Positions 40,768-49,563 of a DNA stretch of 64,000 bases are shown here, piece by piece. The DNA lies in assembly GCA_036337225.1 (NCBI GenBank), contig JAYZEP010000001.1, forward strand, positions 7,725-71,724, read 5' to 3'. The number at the start of each line of letters is the position of its first letter. Within the stretch, counting starts at the first letter, position 1. The translations under genes were made by a program, and so were the position numbers. The stretch is from Thermodesulfobacteriota bacterium (GTDB lineage: Bacteria; Desulfobacterota_D; UBA1144). Under the pieces are notes generated by a model. The model had not been told where the DNA came from, did not search any database, and saw nothing but the letters and a program-made list of their open reading frames with translations.

Positions 40768-41763
40768 ACTCCCTAGAACATCTAGAACTTTAGAATGATA
40801 TTCATATTCAAGACTATACAAATTAGATAGGGTTTTTTTTAAATTCACTAAATCTTTTCTGTTTTTTTTATCTGAAATCTGCTTCATAAGTAGGGCACTT
40901 TTTTCCCATAACTTCGCAATATTGTGCATCTGATTAGAAAGTTTCAACTTATTGATTTTGCTTGACTCAGATTCTGCAAATTTGAGGAACTCTTCGTAGA
41001 TATATCTGAAACCTCCACCCTGAGATCCCCTCTTGGCTATAACTTGATAAGCAAATCTGAATACTAATTGTGAATCTTTTAAATCAATCCATTTATCTAA
41101 ATTTTCTATCCACTCTAATAGAGTGAATAGCGAACTAGTGCCTCGTGGAGACGATTGTCCTTTTACGTAATTTTGCGAATTTAAACATATAGAATTCTCA
41201 ATTTTTTTATTTAAATTTTTAAATGGTTCGAACTTCTCCACGACAAACCAGTTATAAGATAAAGGATAAGGCTCAGCACGAGAAGACCTTGCTTTGTCCA
41301 TATCTGAGAATGAAACTGTTTGAATTTCTTTAAAGTTTGTGTCAGAAACAAAAAAGATTTTCTTTTTTTCGTCAAACCCTATGCAAACTACCACATGTCC
41401 AGGGAAATGGATTTTAGAATGGTAATATTCCAGATAAAACAAATCCGTTTGCAGGAAAACCGGGAGGTCTAGTTTGAGATTTTTTTTTAGTTCGTTATGA
41501 GCCTCTCTTGAATTTGTTTCTAGCTTCCAGGAATATATGTCTTCTTCATTATTAAAGAAGTTAGGTTCCATGTTGGGTGCGCGTAAATGTATAACTTCAG
41601 ATGGTTGCGAATTATTGAGTCTGGAGTAGAAAAAACCCATTCCACATCCTAGACCAAAACAGACTTCCTCCTTGTAATCAACACCAAAATAGTTAATTAC
41701 ATTCCTAATCGCTACAGATCCACAATGGATACCAGTAATATTATTCCAATCTAAGATATGCAA
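40750..41763 (-). CDS. BtrH_N / DUF4872-like protein (putative papain-fold Cys-His enzyme)
   Basis: N-terminal GIHCGSVAIRNVINYFGVDYKEEVCFGLGCGMGFFY matches the BtrH N-terminal domain pattern (HC(E/G)..A.RN...Y.G...SE...FGLG.G.GF.Y). A later PGHVVVCIGFDE is a candidate catalytic His. The C-terminal helical part contains GGGFRYIYEEFL. Overlaps the upstream mutase gene by 13 nt. Confidence 0.6.
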   Translation of the reverse strand: MHILDWNNITGIHCGSVAIRNVINYFGVDYKEEVCFGLGCGMGFFYSRLNNSQPSEVIHLRAPNMEPNFFNNEEDIYSWKLETNSREAHNELKKNLKLDLPVFLQTDLFYLEYYHSKIHFPGHVVVCIGFDEKKKIFFVSDTNFKEIQTVSFSDMDKARSSRAEPYPLSYNWFVVEKFEPFKNLNKKIENSICLNSQNYVKGQSSPRGTSSLFTLLEWIENLDKWIDLKDSQLVFRFAYQVIAKRGSQGGGFRYIYEEFLKFAESESSKINKLKLSNQMHNIAKLWEKSALLMKQISDKKNRKDLVNLKKTLSNLYSLEYEYHSKVLDVLGSKKKGA

Positions 41764-43139
41764 ACCGTGCCTGCCAATAAATTTAATTTCTCCGATACAT
41801 AATTCCTTATAATAGCTAAATTCTTCTCCGAATCTGCTTCGAATCTAATAGTTAAAGCAGGCTGAGTATTGGATGCTCGAACCAATGCCCATCCTGAAGA
41901 ATTTTCCAATCGTATTCCATCTACGGTAATAAGGTTATACGAATGGGGATTGTCATCTTTGATGCTTTCTATCAGTTTCCTAATAATTACAAATTTTTCA
42001 TTTTCAGGGAACTCTAGTCTAATCTCCGGGGTTGAATACATTTTTGGTATACCTCTCAACATGCTGCTTATAGAATTGTTTTGCTTGGAGACTATCTCGA
42101 TTAATCTTAATGCCGCGTACAATGCATCGTCATATCCGTGATGCTTATCTGAAAAGAACATGTGGCCACTCAACTCTCCGGCAAGAGGGGCGTTCTCTTC
42201 TTTAATTTTTCTTTTAATATTTGAATGTCCAGTCTTCCACATAATGGGCACACCTCCACTTTTTTTAATATCATCAAATAGGTTTTTAGAACACTTAACT
42301 TCTCCTATAATTTTTGCGCCAGGATTTTCTTTAATAACAGATCGAGCCAAAAGGAGTAATATCATATCCGAATATATCAAGACTCCATTTTCGTCTACGA
42401 CACCTAGCCTATCCGCATCTCCATCAAAAGCGATACCAAGATCTAGCTTCTTGCTTTTAACAAGGGCTACAAGATCACGTAAGTTTTCTTCCACCGAGGG
42501 GTCCGGGTGGTGATTGGGGAAATTACCATCTGGTTCAGGAAAAAGTTCAAATACTTTGCATCCCACTGAAGTCAAGATATCCTTGGCGAAAATTCCCACA
42601 GGAGTATTGGCACAATCTACTCCGACTCTGAGTTCTCGAGCAATTTTTATATTTTTAATTATGTCATCTTTATATTTTTTATGGATATCAAAATCAATTA
42701 TTTTGCCTTTTTTCTTTGAGATTATAAAATTTTTTTCCCTAATTCTAACTTGGAGCTCTTGAATTTCTGTAGATGAAAGAACGTCCTTGCCAATAGCTGC
42801 CTTAAAACCATTGTAGTCTGGGGGATTATGGCTTGCAGTAATCATAATCCCTCCATCAACATCTAATCCGTACAACGAGAAATAAAGAACTGGGCTAGTA
42901 ATTAAACCCAGATTGACAACATTGACTCCCGTTTTTATTATTCCTTTCGATAAAGCATCAAAGATTCTATTTGAACTTTTCCTGCAGTCTCTTCCAATAG
43001 ATATTTTTTCAAGTCCGTGATCAATAATTGTTGACCCAAAAGCTAGACCAATCATCTCTACTACCTCATCGGTCAGATCTTCATCCGCTATGCCTCTTAT
43101 ATCATATTCTCTAAATATTGAATTATTTACAGTACACAT
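41751..43139 (-). CDS. phosphomannomutase/phosphoglucomutase (alpha-D-phosphohexomutase)
   Basis: Active-site TASHNPPDYNGFK, metal loop FDGDADRLG and sugar loop GELSGHMFF. 462 aa. Confidence 0.9.
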   Translation of the reverse strand: MCTVNNSIFREYDIRGIADEDLTDEVVEMIGLAFGSTIIDHGLEKISIGRDCRKSSNRIFDALSKGIIKTGVNVVNLGLITSPVLYFSLYGLDVDGGIMITASHNPPDYNGFKAAIGKDVLSSTEIQELQVRIREKNFIISKKKGKIIDFDIHKKYKDDIIKNIKIARELRVGVDCANTPVGIFAKDILTSVGCKVFELFPEPDGNFPNHHPDPSVEENLRDLVALVKSKKLDLGIAFDGDADRLGVVDENGVLIYSDMILLLLARSVIKENPGAKIIGEVKCSKNLFDDIKKSGGVPIMWKTGHSNIKRKIKEENAPLAGELSGHMFFSDKHHGYDDALYAALRLIEIVSKQNNSISSMLRGIPKMYSTPEIRLEFPENEKFVIIRKLIESIKDDNPHSYNLITVDGIRLENSSGWALVRASNTQPALTIRFEADSEKNLAIIRNYVSEKLNLLAGTVCIS

Positions 43140-43152
43140 ATTTAAATAAACT

Positions 43153-43181
43153 TTGACAAAGGTTTTTAGTAATAATATATT
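43153..43181 (+). promoter_or_regulatory. sigma70-type promoter immediately upstream of trpE
   Basis: TTGACA (43153-43158), a 17-nt spacer, then TATATT (43176-43181). The trpE ATG is at 43190, only 8 nt after the -10 hexamer. Confidence 0.5.
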
Positions 43182-43189
43182 GAATTTAC

Positions 43190-44671
43190 ATGATTTCTTT
43201 AAATTTAGAAAATTTTAAAAAGCACTTAAAAAATGCGAACTTAGTTCCAGTTTTTAAGGAAATCGATTTAGATTACGACAATCCCTTATCAATATTGCAA
43301 AAAATTAATAAGAATAAATACTGTTTTTTGCTGGAAAGCTCTAATGGACCGGAAAAATGGTCTAGATTCAGTTTTATGGGATTCAATCCAAAAATGATTA
43401 TTAGTTCTCATGGGGAGAAAATCAATATAATACATAATGGAAATAAAGAGGTGCGAGAAAACGGAAATCCGTTTAAAAAACTACAGGAAATAATGGCTGA
43501 GTTTAAACCGGCTAAAGTTAAAAATCTCCCAAGGTTTTATGGGGGCCTAGTGGGGTTCTTTTCTTACGAGATAATAAGACAAATCGAGAATATTCCGAAA
43601 TCCAAATCTCATGATATAAAATTCCCTGATTGTTGTTTTATGTTGACTGACTCGGTTGTTATTTTTGATAACATTACCAAATCTGCCAAAATTGTTATCA
43701 ATATCCATATCAAAGATAAAAAAGCATATAAGCAATATTACGATGCGGCCTTAAAAGATATTGATAGGATTGAAAAATTATTAAAATCCTCCATTGCTAA
43801 TCCATACAAAGAAAAGCCCTTCACAAAGGATGCACAATATAACATTAAGTCCAATTTTAAGCAGAGTGACTTTCTTGAATCGGTAAAAAAAATAAAAAAA
43901 TATGTAAAACAAGGTGACGTAATTCAAACTGTTATATCACAAAGATGGAGTATGATTTATAAAGACGATCCAATTAAACTCTATAGGGGCTTACGATCCT
44001 TAAACCCATCTCCATATATGTTCTACATAAAAATGAACAAGTCTTACATAATAGGAGCATCCCCCGAAGTTCTTGTTAGACTTGAGGACCACAAAGTCGA
44101 ATCTAGGCCAATAGCAGGGACAAGACCCAGGGGAAGCAACGAAGTAGAAGATGAAAAGTATGTAAAAGATCTATTGTCCGACCCTAAAGAGCTGGCCGAA
44201 CACATTATGCTAGTTGATTTAGCAAGAAACGATATAAGTAAAGTTTGCAGGTTTGGCAGTGTAGAGGTTAGTGAGATGATGGCAATTGAAAAGTACTCCC
44301 ATGTTATGCATATAGTTTCCCACGTTGTAGGAAATCTAAAAAAAGGGAAAGATTCTTTTGACGTTTTTAAAGCTTGTTTTCCGGCTGGTACGTTATCGGG
44401 TGCACCCAAGATTAGGGCAATGGAGATAATCAACGAGCTTGAACCTAATTCCAGGGGTCCTTACGGAGGGTCTGTTGGTTATTTTGGTTTTTCAGGGAAT
44501 ATGGACATGAGCATAACTATTAGGTCTTTTTATTTAGAAGGTAGTACTTTATATTTTCAAGCTGGTGCCGGTATCGTGGCAGACTCAAAGCCGGTTAATG
44601 AATTCCACGAGACCAAGAACAAAGCAAGTGCTATGGTTAACGCAATAAAAAAAAGCAGGGATAGAGTTTAG
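43190..44671 (+). CDS. trpE: anthranilate synthase component I
   Basis: FLLESS, AGTLSGAPKIRAMEII and RGPYGGSVGYF motifs of chorismate-utilising enzymes. Followed by trpG. Confidence 0.9.
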   Translation: MISLNLENFKKHLKNANLVPVFKEIDLDYDNPLSILQKINKNKYCFLLESSNGPEKWSRFSFMGFNPKMIISSHGEKINIIHNGNKEVRENGNPFKKLQEIMAEFKPAKVKNLPRFYGGLVGFFSYEIIRQIENIPKSKSHDIKFPDCCFMLTDSVVIFDNITKSAKIVINIHIKDKKAYKQYYDAALKDIDRIEKLLKSSIANPYKEKPFTKDAQYNIKSNFKQSDFLESVKKIKKYVKQGDVIQTVISQRWSMIYKDDPIKLYRGLRSLNPSPYMFYIKMNKSYIIGASPEVLVRLEDHKVESRPIAGTRPRGSNEVEDEKYVKDLLSDPKELAEHIMLVDLARNDISKVCRFGSVEVSEMMAIEKYSHVMHIVSHVVGNLKKGKDSFDVFKACFPAGTLSGAPKIRAMEIINELEPNSRGPYGGSVGYFGFSGNMDMSITIRSFYLEGSTLYFQAGAGIVADSKPVNEFHETKNKASAMVNAIKKSRDRV

Positions 44672-44672
44672 C

Positions 44673-45245
44673 ATGAAAAAGAAGGCTCTAATGATAGATA
44701 ATTACGATTCCTTTACCTATAACCTGGTCCACTATATAGAAGAGCTAAGGGCAAAAGTTATTGTAAAGAGAAATGATGAAATCAAAATAGAACAGGTCAA
44801 ACAAATTAATCCCGATATTATATTTATCTCACCTGGCCCATGCACCCCCAAAGAGGCAGGCATTTCGGTTGATTTAGTAAAACAGCTTGCAGGTAAAATA
44901 CCGATTTTTGGAGTTTGTTTAGGCCACCAGTCAATAGCCTATGCGTTTGGTGCAAAAATCGTAAAAGCAAAGTCGTTACTCCACGGTAAAACATCCGATA
45001 TCCATCATAACAAACAAGGTATTTACAAAGGCCTCCCGAATCCTTTTAAGGCAACTAGATATCATTCCCTAATCGTCGACGAAAAAACCTTACCGAGTGC
45101 TTTTATAGTTACTTCAAGAGCTCACGATGGAACAATAATGGGAATAAAGCATAAAAATCTGGATTTGGAGGGAGTGCAATTTCACCCAGAGTCCATCCTT
45201 ACTAAAGAAGGAAAGGGTTTGATAAAAAATATTCTTAAGAAATAG
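44673..45245 (+). CDS. trpG: anthranilate synthase component II (glutamine amidotransferase)
   Basis: Class-I GATase triad context GVCLGHQ and FHPES. 190 aa. Confidence 0.9.
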   Translation: MKKKALMIDNYDSFTYNLVHYIEELRAKVIVKRNDEIKIEQVKQINPDIIFISPGPCTPKEAGISVDLVKQLAGKIPIFGVCLGHQSIAYAFGAKIVKAKSLLHGKTSDIHHNKQGIYKGLPNPFKATRYHSLIVDEKTLPSAFIVTSRAHDGTIMGIKHKNLDLEGVQFHPESILTKEGKGLIKNILKK

Positions 45246-45247
45246 TC

Positions 45248-45667
45248 GTGACTAAGATAGAAATAGAAAATTTTATTGGCCTTGCCTTAGTTCAGGCTAA
45301 GAAAGCGTTGCGCATAGGGGAAGTACCAATAGGCTCAGTGATAGTCAATAAGCATAAAGAAGTTGTCGGGGTAGGATACAATAAAACAGAGAAGCTATCT
45401 GACCCTACTGCCCACGCTGAAATAATTGCAATCAAATCTGCGGCAAAGAAACTAGGAGACTGGAGGCTAGATGGGCATGTTATATTTAGCACGATTCAAC
45501 CTTGTGAAATGTGCATGGGGGCAATTATTGAAGCAAGAATGGAAGAGATTTATTATGGGTCAACAAATACTAAGAAAAAAAATGAGACAAAGCTTGTTAA
45601 ATCTCAACTAATAAAACACGCTGAGTGTACTAATTTATTAAAAGAATTCTTTCAAGATTTAAGATAG
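45248..45667 (+). CDS. tadA: tRNA adenosine(34) deaminase
   Basis: HAEIIAI and PCEMCMGA zinc motifs. 139 aa with a GTG start. Confidence 0.9.
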   Translation: MTKIEIENFIGLALVQAKKALRIGEVPIGSVIVNKHKEVVGVGYNKTEKLSDPTAHAEIIAIKSAAKKLGDWRLDGHVIFSTIQPCEMCMGAIIEARMEEIYYGSTNTKKKNETKLVKSQLIKHAECTNLLKEFFQDLR

Positions 45668-46369
45668 AGTTGTATCCATCTTTTTAGGGAAAATTGTTAT
45701 TTTTTTCAAATGACCGGATTCTTTAGTTTTATAAGTCACTTCACTATTTTCCTCAATAATTAAATAACAAATTCTTCTCTCGTAGGAATTCATTGGATTC
45801 AAGCTTAGCGGTCGATTAATAGAGATAACTTTGTCCACTAAGGATCTGACTTTATCTCTTAGTTGATTATCTTTTTTCTCTTTATAGGAGTTAATATCAA
45901 TCGAAACCAGCACGCTCTGTGAATTTTGCTTGCTTGCAATTCTGGAAAGCAAAAACTCTAAATTTTTAATCATCTCTCCATTTTTACCAATAAGAAAACC
46001 CAAATTAGATTGACTATCCATCTTCAGCAAAATATTTCTATCTTTAAGTTCCGAATCAATTTTATATTCGTCAACGAAATGATTAACAACTTGCTCGAAT
46101 ATATCTCTAGTTCTTCCTACATCAATAGGAGGATGTTCGCTATCAACGGAAGCACCCTCCGGTGGCTCGCTTGTTTTGGCATCACCAGTAACCAATTGTT
46201 CGTTTTTAACTTTAATAACGGCTTTTCTTCCACCAATTCCAAATACCCCGGATGACCCTTCTTCCACAACATCAAACTCCAATTCTTCTCTAGTAATTCC
46301 AAGCGTCTTACATGCTTCGATAGCTGCGTCGGTTACGGTTTTTCCTTCAAATTCTCTCTCTATAGACAT
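45659..46369 (-). CDS. jag: Jag/KhpB-type RNA-binding protein (Jag_N-KH-R3H)
   Basis: Immediately downstream of yidC. N-terminal Jag_N-like segment (GKTVTDAIEACKTLGITREELEFDVVEEGS) and a C-terminal R3H-like region (LNPMNSYERRICY). Confidence 0.8.
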   Translation of the reverse strand: MSIEREFEGKTVTDAAIEACKTLGITREELEFDVVEEGSSGVFGIGGRKAVIKVKNEQLVTGDAKTSEPPEGASVDSEHPPIDVGRTRDIFEQVVNHFVDEYKIDSELKDRNILLKMDSQSNLGFLIGKNGEMIKNLEFLLSRIASKQNSQSVLVSIDINSYKEKKDNQLRDKVRSLVDKVISINRPLSLNPMNSYERRICYLIIEENSEVTYKTKESGHLKKITIFPKKMDTTLS

Positions 46370-46372
46370 AAT

Positions 46373-47986
46373 TTATGCTCCTTGCATTTTATTAAATTTA
46401 TTATTTATATATAGCTGCTGAAAAATAGAAATTATATTGCTCACGGTCCAGTAAAGAATTAATCCCGATGGTAGCCCCCAAAACATTACGGTAAACATAA
46501 TTGGCATGTATTGAAAAACCTTGGTTTGGAACTCATCAGCACCTGGGTTAGGGGGAGTAAGTTTTTGCGTTAAAAACCATGAAACACCCATTAAAAGCGG
46601 TAGAATTCTAAACGGAATACCAGTTCCCGGGATATCAAATAGATTTTCGGGAGATGATAAGTCCGCTATCCAAAGAAAGTTCGAATGTCTTAGGTCTAAA
46701 GAATAGAGTAATACATTGTAAAGTGCTACAAATACAGGGAGTTGGACTAGCATGGGTAAGCATCCACTGAGGCTTGAAAGTGGGTTCATACCTTCCTTCG
46801 AATAAACTTTCATCGTCTCGGTGTTCTGAGCCGCCTTGTCGTCTTTGTATTTTTCTTTAATTGCATCTATCTGTGGCTTGATAATTGCCATCTTGGCCTG
46901 CATTTTTTTCATAGACATCATGCTCTTAACTGTAAGCGGCAAAAATAGTATTCTTATAAGAACCGTGACGACAATAATTGATATTCCATAATTATTTATA
47001 AATTTGTTGCAGATTTTTAAAACTTTTTCAAGGGGTACGGCTAACCATTCGAACCACCCGAGATCTTGAGCCTTTTTGAAATCTCGTCCAAATTCGGATA
47101 GCATCTTTGGATCTTTTGGTCCTAGGAAAATTGTTGACGAAATTGAGTATTGTGCTCCTGGCGCAAGACTAACTGTTCGATAGCTTAAGAGTGATCTCAT
47201 ATGGTTCTTTGAGCTTTTACTGTACTTAAGTGTTTTTTGTCCTTCCAAATCAAGTAGAGAAAGTGACAAGAAGTATTTTTTAGCAAATCCATACCAACCA
47301 ATATCATCGATTATTTTTTCTGCCTCCGATGGGTTCGAATCCACAACTTCCATATCGTCTCCAGCGTAATAATCAAAAACCAATCTTTCTTTTGCATTAA
47401 GTTCACCGACCGACTCTTCAAAAACTCTAAAAATTAAGTTTTTATTGGAATTGTTCGTTACAATAATTGTTTGATCAATCGCATGAGATTTGGCCTCGAA
47501 TAAATAATTTTTTTCTAGTTTAAGACCTCCGATTTTGGAAACCAGTAGAATTTGATCACCATTTTTAGATATCGCCATATTGCTTTTATTAGAGGAAAAT
47601 TGTATCTCTTCAGGGGTTTCCATATCTTTTACTTTGATTATGGTATTAGACATAAACTCCTGACCATGAAGGAGCTTAATAGTGGATGTGGATTCCGCAT
47701 CTTCAAAATAGGTTCGCAAATTAACATCCAGGATCTTACCGCCGGTTGTAGAGATTTTGCCTTCCAGTAATGGAGTCGAAAATCTAACGTAAGTTTCTCT
47801 GCCTATTTTTTTCTCATTTACTATATCATCATCAGAAACTATATAAGGGTCTTCATTCACAGAAAATTCTTTATTAACTTTTTGCTTGGGGACGTTCTCA
47901 TTATCTTTGTTGCCAGTGATAAGAAAGTTGCTGGCGATAATAACAACAAACGACAGTACTAGGAAAATAACGTAATTTCTACTCAA
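46373..47986 (-). CDS. yidC: membrane protein insertase YidC
   Basis: N-terminal TM, a large periplasmic domain, and a conserved C-terminal 60-kDa-IMP core (GISIIVVTVLIRILFLPL, GLILYWTVSNIISIFQQ). Confidence 0.92.
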   Translation of the reverse strand: MSRNYVIFLVLSFVVIIASNFLITGNKDNENVPKQKVNKEFSVNEDPYIVSDDDIVNEKKIGRETYVRFSTPLLEGKISTTGGKILDVNLRTYFEDAESTSTIKLLHGQEFMSNTIIKVKDMETPEEIQFSSNKSNMAISKNGDQILLVSKIGGLKLEKNYLFEAKSHAIDQTIIVTNNSNKNLIFRVFEESVGELNAKERLVFDYYAGDDMEVVDSNPSEAEKIIDDIGWYGFAKKYFLSLSLLDLEGQKTLKYSKSSKNHMRSLLSYRTVSLAPGAQYSISSTIFLGPKDPKMLSEFGRDFKKAQDLGWFEWLAVPLEKVLKICNKFINNYGISIIVVTVLIRILFLPLTVKSMMSMKKMQAKMAIIKPQIDAIKEKYKDDKAAQNTETMKVYSKEGMNPLSSLSGCLPMLVQLPVFVALYNVLLYSLDLRHSNFLWIADLSSPENLFDIPGTGIPFRILPLLMGVSWFLTQKLTPPNPGADEFQTKVFQYMPIMFTVMFWGLPSGLILYWTVSNIISIFQQLYINNKFNKMQGA

Positions 47987-48219
47987 CTTCTTCCCCTGGC
48001 AGGAACTTCGTCTTTTCCTCCTTCAAAAAAAGGATTACATTTTAGAAGCCGTATTAAAGCGAACTTTAAACCCTTGAGCGGACCATGTAGGTTGATTGCC
48101 TCTAAGGCATACTGTGAACAGGTTGGGTGATATCTACAAGACGGGGGAAGCATTCTAGAGAGAGAGTGTTTATAGATTTTTATGAGTACTATTAAAATTA
48201 ACTGGGCTAGTTTTTTCAT
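47983..48219 (-). CDS. yidD: membrane protein insertion efficiency factor YidD
   Basis: YKHSLSRMLPPSCRYHPTCSQYALEAINLHG is the YidD signature. Confidence 0.93.
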   Translation of the reverse strand: MKKLAQLILIVLIKIYKHSLSRMLPPSCRYHPTCSQYALEAINLHGPLKGLKFALIRLLKCNPFFEGGKDEVPARGRS

Positions 48220-48554
48220 CTGGTAATTTGCTTTCTTGCTATTAAAAGCTCTTTGCGCATCCTGTTGAAGTCTAAATCTAAAATCTTTTCGTTCGCTAAA
48301 AAGATAATCTCCTTATCTTTCAAGCCTTTAAAGTCTAACCTAAAAACCTCTTTAAGTCTCCGTCTATACCTGTTCCTTACTACAGCTAAATTGCTAACTT
48401 TTTTAGATATTATAACACCTGGTTTCGAGCTTGAAATATTTTTATTCTGAACAACAACGAGTTCTACACCCTTGACCTTAATCCTTGTACCGATTCTTAG
48501 ATTTTTTTTAAAATTAATCCTATATTTCTTAGGAAAATATTTGGATGGATTCAT
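48216..48554 (-). CDS. rnpA: ribonuclease P protein component
   Basis: Basic 112-aa protein with the RNR-type motif [12 protein letters not shown]. Lies between rpmH and yidD. Confidence 0.85.
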   Translation of the reverse strand: MNPSKYFPKKYRINFKKNLRIGTRIKVKGVELVVVQNKNISSSKPGVIISKKVSNLAVVRNRYRRRLKEVFRLDFKGLKDKEIIFLANEKILDLDFNRMRKELLIARKQITR

Positions 48555-48700
48555 TTAGAGTACCGTGAAACTGTTAGAGCCGTCCTGCCTTTTGCTCTTC
48601 GTAGTGCCAAAACTCTCCTTCCGGCCTTGGTTCCTCGTCTTGATCTAAAGCCATGAGTTCTAACTCTCTTTTTTTCACTAGGCTGATAGGTTCTTTTCAT
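48551..48700 (-). CDS. rpmH: 50S ribosomal protein L34
   Basis: Not in the ORF track (49 aa). Hand translation of the minus strand gives [49 protein letters not shown]. Its TGA stop overlaps the rnpA ATG (ATGA). Confidence 0.93.
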   Translation of the reverse strand: MKRTYQPSEKKRVRTHGFRSRRGTKAGRRVLALRRAKGRTALTVSRYSK

Positions 48701-48709
48701 AAAGGCTTA

Positions 48710-48737
48710 AAGTTACCACTAAATGTCTAAAAATCAA
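48710..48737 (-). promoter_or_regulatory. weak candidate promoter for rpmH
   Basis: On the minus strand: TTGATT (48737-48732), a 16-nt spacer, then TAACTT (48715-48710). The ATG lies 9 nt after the -10 hexamer and there is no SD. Confidence 0.3.
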
Positions 48738-48741
48738 CATA

Positions 48742-49533
48742 TTACTGGACATCGCTTTCCTGAATTTCATGCGGGTTATGGGCATCAACCATACATTTTT
48801 CAGAAATCTCATCCCATTTTTGTTGATACACCTTGAGACACGAGCGTGCCGCGTCATAATCTCCTTCTTTAACAAATTTAATAAATAGCCACAGGTCTTG
48901 AACAGAATTTTCATTCTTGAGAGTAAGTTGGTGAATCATTCTATTTAATTCCGCGTAGTTGAGAACTAGCATACTATCGTCTGGAAGAGAGGAAATCCAA
49001 AATGAAATTTCCGCGGTACTAAAGGCTATCTGCTTAAGTGCTGCTCCGAGATCTTTAGGAATATGATCATTGTCAAGATTCTCTAGTATCATTTTAATTT
49101 CTTCTAGCCTATTTTTAGAGCTACGAGAATCGGTGCTATAAAAAATACCATCCGGATGGATTGCCCCATCACCCGCATGTGAATAAGACAATCTTTTTTC
49201 GTCGCCAGAAAAAAGGAGGAACCACTCGGTGGGGATAGAATTATCGTGTTCTAAAATATTTTTATCAGAATCACCACCTAGTAGTGAAACATAATATTTA
49301 CCATTGTCATGCTTCGTGAAGAGACAATCTTTAATTTGACTGATTTCTCTTTCAAGATATTTCGATAAAGATTCTCTATATTCTTCATATTCTCTGCCAT
49401 AAAAGACACCTTGTGATGATGCGGGTCCATCCCAATAAAGTTCATGAAATTTAATATATTTTTCCCAGTACGATTTATCTTCGTTAATATTCTCAAGGCT
49501 ATGATAGAGGAGCAGTGCTGCTTTTTTAGGCAT
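48742..49533 (-). CDS. hypothetical soluble protein (263 aa), no family recognised
   Basis: Long ORF filling the space between the ilvB stop (30-nt gap) and the rpmH start (41-nt gap). No TM segment or signal peptide, and the composition is ordinary for this genome. The alternative-frame ORFs are shorter. Confidence 0.6.
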   Translation of the reverse strand: MPKKAALLLYHSLENINEDKSYWEKYIKFHELYWDGPASSQGVFYGREYEEYRESLSKYLEREISQIKDCLFTKHDNGKYYVSLLGGDSDKNILEHDNSIPTEWFLLFSGDEKRLSYSHAGDGAIHPDGIFYSTDSRSSKNRLEEIKMILENLDNDHIPKDLGAALKQIAFSTAEISFWISSLPDDSMLVLNYAELNRMIHQLTLKNENSVQDLWLFIKFVKEGDYDAARSCLKVYQQKWDEISEKCMVDAHNPHEIQESDVQ

Positions 49534-49563
49534 AAATCAATGTACCAGGAAAAAATCTTTTTA

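Noticed and set aside
41869-42762. Three consecutive plus-strand ORFs (90, 117 and 82 aa) opposite the phosphohexomutase gene
   Set aside because: They tile the antisense strand of a motif-complete gene and contain no recognisable domains. They are shadow ORFs, not a split pseudogene.
48678-48914. 78-aa minus-strand ORF spanning the rpmH start region and the end of the 263-aa gene
   Set aside because: It is out of frame with both real genes. It is explained by rpmH (hand-translated L34) plus the 3' end of the longer 263-aa ORF.
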